In this document: positions 57,701 to 64,000 of the stretch, one piece after another
How positions within the stretch are numbered: position 1 is the stretch's first letter
How the letters are laid out: the number at the start of each line of letters is the position of its first letter
Source of the DNA: an uncultured delta proteobacterium
GTDB lineage: Bacteria > Desulfobacterota > BSN033 > UBA1163
Assembly: GCA_963827685.1 (NCBI GenBank)
Contig: CAWHBU010000002.1
Span: forward strand, 32,001-96,000
Length of the DNA: 64,000 nt
Direction of reading: 5' to 3'
The notes under the pieces: generated by a model
The model's input: only the letters and a program-made list of their open reading frames with translations
Databases searched by the model: none
What the model was told of the DNA's origin: nothing
Made by a program: the position numbers and the translations under genes

Positions 57701-57756
57701 CAAGATATTTCGGAGTATAAGACCAGGAACTGTCAGCTGTCTGCTTTAGGAGACCC

Positions 57757-59937
57757 ATGGGTAAGAAACGAAAGAGATATTTAGGAGAGAAGAGGGTAAA
57801 CCAACATGAGAAAGACATCGATCTCTCAGCGTCGCAGATTCTCCAGTTGATGGCAGAAGAAGATCGACCGCTTCTCTTGAGAGAGATTCTTCGTCGCTTA
57901 GGTCTTCGAAAGGAGCAGCGACAGAGGGCGAGGGAATTTCTCAGAAATTTGACGGAGGGGGGAAAGGTCGTTCGGATTCGAGGGAACCGTTACGGCCTTC
58001 CTTCGAAGATGAATCTGATCGTAGGCAGGGTCAAGACGCATCCAGAGGGATATGGATTCGTTATTCCTGAAGCAGAAGGAGAAGAAGATATTTTCATAGG
58101 TCCCAGAAATCTCAAAGAGGCAATGCACGGGGATCGTGTTGTCGCAAGAATTGAGTCAATCCGAAGGAAGGGAAAAGAGGGCAGTGTCATCCGGATTCTG
58201 GAAAGAAAGACGCGCAAAGTCGTGGGTAAGTTTATGAAAGCCAAAAATTATTCCTACGTCACCCCGGAGGACGAACGAATCCTCCAAGAAGTCTTCATTC
58301 CAGAAGGGGAAACGAAGAGGGCGAGACCTAATCAGATTGTGGTGGCAGAGATCACCCAGTACCCAGCGGGAAGGGCGAGGCCGGAGGGGAGAATCACTCA
58401 CATTTTGGGATATCCTGATGATCCGGAGATTGAACCCCAGATCATCATTCACAAATACGATCTTCCTCATCGATTTACATCCGCTGCCTTAAAGGAGGCA
58501 CAGAACCTACCTCCCACGCCCTCTTCTCATGAATACAAGGATCGAGTTGACTTGAGAGGGATTCCCACCTTCACCATCGATGGAGAAAATGCAAGAGATT
58601 TCGACAATGCCGTCTCGATTGAAAGAGAAAAGGACGGAGGCGTGAAACTCTATGTTTCCATCTCCGATGTCAGTCACTATGTCAAAGAAGAGACAGCTCT
58701 GGACAACGAAGCCTATTCCCGGGGTACCAGCGTCTATTTCCCAGACCGCGCGATTCCCATGTTTCCGACAGAACTTTCCAATGAAATCTGTTGTCTCCAT
58801 CCCAGAGTGGATCGGCTGACCCTCACGGCCGAGTTGAGATATGACGGAAATGGGGAGAGAAAGGGCGTTCGATTCTATCCCAGTGTGATCCGAAGCGACG
58901 AAAGGCTAACCTACACCCTGGTTAGAAAAATCTTGGTGGACGAAGAGGCAGAGTTAAAACGGAAATTTAAACATCTTCTCCCATCTTTAGAACTGATGGC
59001 CGATCTCTGCCAAGAGCTTCGCCGAGGAAGAACGGAAAGAGGAGCCATTGATTTTGATCTTCCGGAACCCGAGGTGATTCTCAATCTCCAAGGGGAGACC
59101 GAGGACGTCATTCGTGCAGAAAGGAACCTAGCCCATCAGATTATTGAAGAATTTATGATCGCCGCCAATGAGGCGGTCGCTCATTTTATGGAAGAAAAAA
59201 GGTTTCCATTCATCTATCGAATCCACGAACCTCCGAAAAAGGACGCGATCGATGAGTTCAGAAGATTTATTTCGAATTTAGGATATAAGATGAGAAAGGA
59301 GTCAGACCATTCGCCGAAGGAATTTCAGAGAGTCCTTTCTGATGTCAAGGGAAGGCCTGAAGAAAGGGTGGTAAACGAAATTCTCCTGCGATCGATGAAG
59401 TGGGCCAAATATTCAGCCAAAAACTTAGGACACTTCGGCCTGGCCTCAGATGGCTATACCCATTTTACTTCTCCCATCAGAAGGTATCCTGATTTGATTG
59501 TCCACCGGCTTTTAAAACAGGTTTTGTCTGAAAAGGAGGTTAAGATCTCGGATGAGGTCTTAGCGAAAAAGGCCGACCACCTTTCCGACAGGGAAAGGGT
59601 GGCCATGGAGGCCGAAAGGGAGATTCTGAACCGATATAGGGTTCGTTTCATGAGGGATAAGATTGGTGAGGAATTTGAAGGGATCATCAGTGGCGTGGCG
59701 GCTTTTGGTTTCTTTGTAGAACTGAAAGATATTTTTGTAGAAGGTCTGGTGAGGGTGACAAGCTTACACGACGATTACTATCAGTATCATGAGAAAAAAT
59801 ACTGTCTTGTGGGTGAGAGGACTCACAAGACCTTCAGGCTTGGCGATGAGGTCAAGGTGAGAGTGGATCGGGTGGATGTGGAAAGAAGACATATTGATTT
59901 TGGACCGATTGAAAAGATAGATAGGGTGAGAGGGTGA
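57757..59937 (+). CDS. rnr: Ribonuclease R
   Basis: HTH + CSDs, TIDG..ARDFD, RGTSVY, IEEFM, YRIH, HFGLA...YTHFTSPIRRYPDL, S1 domain. Confidence 0.95.
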   Translation: MGKKRKRYLGEKRVNQHEKDIDLSASQILQLMAEEDRPLLLREILRRLGLRKEQRQRAREFLRNLTEGGKVVRIRGNRYGLPSKMNLIVGRVKTHPEGYGFVIPEAEGEEDIFIGPRNLKEAMHGDRVVARIESIRRKGKEGSVIRILERKTRKVVGKFMKAKNYSYVTPEDERILQEVFIPEGETKRARPNQIVVAEITQYPAGRARPEGRITHILGYPDDPEIEPQIIIHKYDLPHRFTSAALKEAQNLPPTPSSHEYKDRVDLRGIPTFTIDGENARDFDNAVSIEREKDGGVKLYVSISDVSHYVKEETALDNEAYSRGTSVYFPDRAIPMFPTELSNEICCLHPRVDRLTLTAELRYDGNGERKGVRFYPSVIRSDERLTYTLVRKILVDEEAELKRKFKHLLPSLELMADLCQELRRGRTERGAIDFDLPEPEVILNLQGETEDVIRAERNLAHQIIEEFMIAANEAVAHFMEEKRFPFIYRIHEPPKKDAIDEFRRFISNLGYKMRKESDHSPKEFQRVLSDVKGRPEERVVNEILLRSMKWAKYSAKNLGHFGLASDGYTHFTSPIRRYPDLIVHRLLKQVLSEKEVKISDEVLAKKADHLSDRERVAMEAEREILNRYRVRFMRDKIGEEFEGIISGVAAFGFFVELKDIFVEGLVRVTSLHDDYYQYHEKKYCLVGERTHKTFRLGDEVKVRVDRVDVERRHIDFGPIEKIDRVRG

Positions 59938-59964
59938 CACGGAGATAAGATTAAAAGATTCTCC

Positions 59965-61128
59965 TCATCTCTTTGTCTTCTTATCTATCATTTGGGCGAT
60001 GCGGCGGTGGATTCGCGACATAGGAAGGAGGCGAAGTTTTCGGATGGGGACCCATTTCCCTTTTCTATTTCCGCCGACGGCGCGGCAATGATAAACATAA
60101 AGAGTAAGTTTGAAGTGAGAGTAAGTTTGCTTAAAAGTACCTATGGATTCTTCCACTTCGACATTTGTTCCCATTTCTTTCTTGATGCAGTTTCTCAGCC
60201 TCAACCTCAGCCTTAACCTTTTTTCTTCTTCGATCCTCCAATTCGGAAACTCCCATAATCCCCCTAAAAGGCCCACAGGCGGTCTCTGATTAAGGAGAAC
60301 TTTTCCATCCTTCTTGATCACGGCTGAGACTGCCTCCCTATGGGGAATCGCTTTTTTCAGTCCCTTTGATGGATATCTCTCAGGTTCTCCTGAGGCCCTT
60401 CCTTTGCAAAAATGACGGAGGGGGCAACGATCACACTCTGGTTCTTTGGACGTGCAGAGCATGGAGCCAAGGTCCATGAGCGCTTGGTTAAAAGGATTTG
60501 AAAATCTTTTTGGAATCAGAGATTGTGAGATTTCCCAGAGAAGCTGTTCCGTTTTTCTTTCTCCCGGGCTTTCTGAAACAGCGAAAAGCCTGGAGAATAC
60601 TCGTTTGGCATTTCCATCGAGGATGGGCGCTTCTTTACGAAAGGCGAAGGAGAGGATAGCACCTGCGGTGGATCGGCCGATTCCAGGTAAACTGAGAAGA
60701 TCTCTAAGGGTGTCAGGGATTCTTCCATGAAAATGGTTCAAAACGATTTGAGAGGCCCGGTGAAGATTTCGTGCCCTCGAGTAGTATCCCAGACCCTCCC
60801 AGACCTTTAGAACTTTTGAGAGATTAGCTTTTGCCAGATGCTTGATGGTTGGAAAAGATTTTAGGAATTTGTGGTAGTAGGGGATCACCGTGGCGACCTG
60901 GGTTTGCTGAAGCATGATCTCCGAAACCCAGATAGCATAAGGGTCTTTGGTCTTCCTCCAAGGGAGATCTCTTCCTTTCTTCTTAAACCATTGAAGCAGT
61001 TTTTTCTGGATTTTATTCTTCTGTGGAATAGCAAGAGTAGCGTTGGCATTTACTGCCGACGGCACTTGTGTTTTTATTCGCCCCCAATCAATGGGGGTGC
61101 TACGTTTTTGTGTAATGCGTTCAATCAT
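59965..61128 (-). CDS. mutY: A/G-specific adenine glycosylase
   Basis: RDLPWR, VSEIMLQQTQV, WEGLGYYSRARNL, LPGIGRSTAGAI, DGN, C..C..CP...C, GLWEFP. Confidence 0.95.
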   Translation of the reverse strand: MIERITQKRSTPIDWGRIKTQVPSAVNANATLAIPQKNKIQKKLLQWFKKKGRDLPWRKTKDPYAIWVSEIMLQQTQVATVIPYYHKFLKSFPTIKHLAKANLSKVLKVWEGLGYYSRARNLHRASQIVLNHFHGRIPDTLRDLLSLPGIGRSTAGAILSFAFRKEAPILDGNAKRVFSRLFAVSESPGERKTEQLLWEISQSLIPKRFSNPFNQALMDLGSMLCTSKEPECDRCPLRHFCKGRASGEPERYPSKGLKKAIPHREAVSAVIKKDGKVLLNQRPPVGLLGGLWEFPNWRIEEEKRLRLRLRLRNCIKKEMGTNVEVEESIGTFKQTYSHFKLTLYVYHCRAVGGNRKGKWVPIRKLRLLPMSRIHRRIAQMIDKKTKR

Positions 61129-61131
61129 TGG

Positions 61132-62094
61132 TCAAGCCAGGCTGCAGCACATCTCAACGAATTTTGTTTTGAGACCTATTTCTTTTGCGTAGTCGATTGT
61201 CCCTTGCAAAGGATGGGCGATGGTGTTGACTCCGGAGTCGATAAATCCCTTTTCCATCTCTGCCTTCCAAGGGTGGGCCGGACGGATACAACCCATTCGA
61301 AGCGGAATGTCGGGATTGAGAATACGAGCAATGGCAGAAACCTTTGATGTTTCTTCCGGTTTCGGAACTTTGAAATGATTTTTCTCGGAGGCATTCAAGG
61401 TTTTGAAAATGACCAAAACAATCGTTTCCACACCGACCCGTGTGACCATCTCCAAGGCTCTCCATTCTCCTCTCAACTCTCCAAAGTGATGTCCGATGAT
61501 AATATGGGGAGCAAGGCGATGCCCCATCTCCTTTAACGTCCACAGCGCCTCTTCATAATCTTCCACCCTTTTGTTCAAATGGTAAACTTCGCGAATGGTG
61601 TTGTCATCTCCGATGACATCAATGAGAATTTGATCAACTCCTGCCTCCTTGAGTTCTTCAGCTGTTTCCCTCCCGATGAGGCCGGTATGGGCGATGACCT
61701 TAAATTCAGGGGCCCTTTCCTTAAGCTCTCTGATTGACGGAATGAATTTCTTTAAAGGGACCTCACCATTTTGATCTGCACCACCGCTTACCAAGATCCC
61801 ATGAGCACCATCGAGTCGGAGCCGTTCAGCGACTTGGAGAAATGTTTCAGGATTTTCTGCGGGGATCATCGATTCAAGAAGTTTCCCTTTGCAGTGTCCG
61901 CATCGAAGATCACAATGACTTCCCGTCACACTGATCGCTGCAAAGCGGTTCTTTTGGAGGGGAAGCGTGTTGTCATGGTAGGAAACAGTACCAGGAAAGG
62001 AGAAGGTGAGTTCGTTCCCAAAATGGCTCTTTCGAATGCGAAAGGCTTCGGACTGGAGGTCATTTAAGGGGAGCTGTATTAAATGATCAATCAT
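61132..62094 (-). CDS. Radical SAM protein, LipS1-type lipoyl synthase candidate
   Basis: CDLRCGHC; MGCIRP and C-terminal CCS motifs. Confidence 0.75.
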   Translation of the reverse strand: MIDHLIQLPLNDLQSEAFRIRKSHFGNELTFSFPGTVSYHDNTLPLQKNRFAAISVTGSHCDLRCGHCKGKLLESMIPAENPETFLQVAERLRLDGAHGILVSGGADQNGEVPLKKFIPSIRELKERAPEFKVIAHTGLIGRETAEELKEAGVDQILIDVIGDDNTIREVYHLNKRVEDYEEALWTLKEMGHRLAPHIIIGHHFGELRGEWRALEMVTRVGVETIVLVIFKTLNASEKNHFKVPKPEETSKVSAIARILNPDIPLRMGCIRPAHPWKAEMEKGFIDSGVNTIAHPLQGTIDYAKEIGLKTKFVEMCCSLA

Positions 62095-62152
62095 TGTTTT
62101 AATTGAGGCATTAAGGAATTGAGGAATTGCGAATTCCTAAATCCCTAAATCC

Positions 62153-63175
62153 CTAAATTTCCAATTGTCTCCTAATCTCTTCTATGTCTTCAGCTTCTGG
62201 CAAGAATGGGAAATTCCGGATGGGACCTGCGGGTCGCTCGTTGCCATAAGGACGGTTACAGGCTACTTTCCCATCTCTACCAGGACATCCAGATGTCATA
62301 AAGGGTTCCCCGATCTGGATGAGAGAATTGATATCCATCCCGAAATCGATCAATCTTCCGTCCTCATCAAACTTCATTTGTTCGGCTGATGCCAGACCCT
62401 CATTAATGATCCAGCGGGCAAGCTGAATTCTTCGGTATTGGTTAAGGGGAGGAGGGGAATGCCCTTCCATAGGACTTCCCTTTTCAGGAAAGAAGGAGAA
62501 GAGATGGGTGAGGGCTCCCATGTTCTGTCCTCTCTGAATTGCTGCCACCATTTCTTTCTCTGTCTCGCCCAGACCGACAATGAGATGGATCCCCACTTGA
62601 AATCTTCCAAAAACATTTACAGCCATTCGGACAACATCCCAATAATGATCCCATTGATGAGGACCTCCCACCCCTTTCCCCCTCAGTTGATCGAAAAGTT
62701 CGGGCGTGGCGGCATCGATGGCAATTCCGACTCGATCTGTACCGGCCTTTTTCATCGCCATGAGAGATTCTTCGCGATGAATCAATGTCGGAGAGATGAG
62801 AGCACTGATAGAGAGATCGGTCTTCTCTTTCAATCTTTGAATAACATGGACGGAGTCTTCCAAAGCCTTCGGATGGGTGATCATCGAGATGCAGACCCGG
62901 TGGATTTGGTCCTTGCCCTTTGCCCTCTCGATAATTTCTTCTAAGGGATAGAGGGGCCAGTCCACTCTGATGAAGGTTTTTCCTCTCGGACCTTCTCGCC
63001 TCGATTTCGAAAGTCCGCAGAAATGGCATTTCCCTGAGCAGCCTTCTTCATAGTGGAGAAGAAGGTTCAATCCCTTAAGCTTCGCATTCCGGTGAAAAGA
63101 TCCTGACTGGAAACCCAATGTCAAGGAAGCTGCCAGACTGGTCTGGACATATCGGGGGCTTATTCTCTGCTCCAT
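62153..63175 (-). CDS. Radical SAM protein, LipS2-type lipoyl synthase candidate
   Basis: CSGKCHFC; C-terminal TSGCPG.....CNRP motif. Confidence 0.78.
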   Translation of the reverse strand: MEQRISPRYVQTSLAASLTLGFQSGSFHRNAKLKGLNLLLHYEEGCSGKCHFCGLSKSRREGPRGKTFIRVDWPLYPLEEIIERAKGKDQIHRVCISMITHPKALEDSVHVIQRLKEKTDLSISALISPTLIHREESLMAMKKAGTDRVGIAIDAATPELFDQLRGKGVGGPHQWDHYWDVVRMAVNVFGRFQVGIHLIVGLGETEKEMVAAIQRGQNMGALTHLFSFFPEKGSPMEGHSPPPLNQYRRIQLARWIINEGLASAEQMKFDEDGRLIDFGMDINSLIQIGEPFMTSGCPGRDGKVACNRPYGNERPAGPIRNFPFLPEAEDIEEIRRQLEI

Positions 63176-63178
63176 GAT

Positions 63179-64000
63179 TCACTCTTTCTTTCTGTCCCGA
63201 TAATACTCTTTGAACCCGACCCATGTTTTTCGGATTAATCCTTCAAAACTAACCTCGGGTTTATTCCAATTCTCTTCAAGGAATTCTCTTTTTGCAGCGC
63301 CATAGGAAAGGGACTTCCCAAATGCCTCTTGCCATTCGATTTCATAATTTTCCAAATATCGAAGATCTCCCCTCTCAACCGCTTCTGCAGCAATCCTTCC
63401 CGCGATCTCGCCGCCCATGACCGCGTTAAAAATTCCTGCCCCTGTGATGGGATGAGCATGCCCTGCTGCATCACCCGCTAGCAGGATGTTTTCGAAAACA
63501 GTTTTCCGAGGCTTTTCACAAGGGATGGAGCCGCCGGTTCTTGCTACGATCTCGATGTCCGGCAGTCTTTTTGATCCGGCAAGATGATCGAGAAAGTGAT
63601 CCATTAGTTTTAAGAGGAGAGTCGTTTTTTTGGGAATGATACCCACGCCCACATTGGCTGTCCTCTCTTTTGGGAAAAACCAGGCATATCCTCCTTCGTA
63701 ATCTTTGTGAAAAAAAACATCCACATGATTCTGACATTCTGGCATGGCGACTTCATATTGAAGAGCCACGAGGGTCTTCAAAGGAGGTTGTCCAAGACAA
63801 CGGGCTATGGATGATTGAACACCATCAGCACCAATAAGTACCTTTGATTGGATAACTCCCTTCTTGGAACCCTGCTCCACAACAAGCCCCTCGGGGGAAA
63901 GCCCCAGCGCTCTTGTTTCGATGGAAATCTTTGCCCCTGATAAAATAGCTGAGGCTACCAAGTCTTTGTCGAAGAGGGATCGGTCCAGCATATACCCTGG
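63179..64000 (-). CDS. Geranylgeranyl-reductase-family FAD oxidoreductase (LipT-like), N-terminus beyond the window edge
   Basis: LDRSLFD, IGADG, GYAWFFPK, LAGDAAG..HPITGAGI. Confidence 0.88.
   Translation of the reverse strand, partial: PGYMLDRSLFDKDLVASAILSGAKISIETRALGLSPEGLVVEQGSKKGVIQSKVLIGADGVQSSIARCLGQPPLKTLVALQYEVAMPECQNHVDVFFHKDYEGGYAWFFPKERTANVGVGIIPKKTTLLLKLMDHFLDHLAGSKRLPDIEIVARTGGSIPCEKPRKTVFENILLAGDAAGHAHPITGAGIFNAVMGGEIAGRIAAEAVERGDLRYLENYEIEWQEAFGKSLSYGAAKREFLEENWNKPEVSFEGLIRKTWVGFKEYYRDRKKE

Noticed and set aside
60192-60218. Hexamer repeat giving LRLRLRLR in MutY
   Set aside because: Short in-frame low-complexity insertion with no evidence of function.

Overview
Bacterial chromosomal window; the gene content suggests an anaerobe such as a Desulfobacterota/deltaproteobacterial lineage (inference). 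It has four zones. (1) 1-14.6 kb is an IS-rich accessory zone with IS630, two IS1182-family elements, an ISNCY/IS1202-like element, an IS4 remnant and degenerate HUH-transposase remnants. These surround two phosphatases, a Tat amidohydrolase and a ParA-CBM48 fusion. Both IS1182 elements sit at the identical TTTA in copies of one small hairpin repeat. (2) 15-40.6 kb is a co-oriented catabolic cluster that looks AT-richer by eye. It encodes GntR, an acetylene-hydratase-like Mo/W enzyme, a 6-hydroxynicotinate-reductase homologue with an ApbE-like partner, a C-N hydrolase, a Liv-type ABC transporter, a xanthine-dehydrogenase-family trimer and a B12 module. The two mutase large subunits of that module have lost most canonical CoA-binding motifs. 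(3) 43.4-53.8 kb is an integrative element at tRNA-Thr(UGU), with a Rep-like protein plus 21-bp iterons, a PrimPol-SF4 helicase, DUF5131, a putative T4 gp45/PCNA-like sliding clamp behind a structured leader, and a broken tyrosine integrase. (4) 54-64 kb holds core-like genes (nitronate monooxygenase, YIP1, rnr, mutY, LipS1/LipS2/LipT-like). The best candidates for undescribed biology are the CoA-site-remodelled B12 mutases in a nicotinate-like pathway, the clamp-carrying integrative element, and hairpin-targeted IS1182 insertion. All protein calls come from visual motif recognition; no searches were run.
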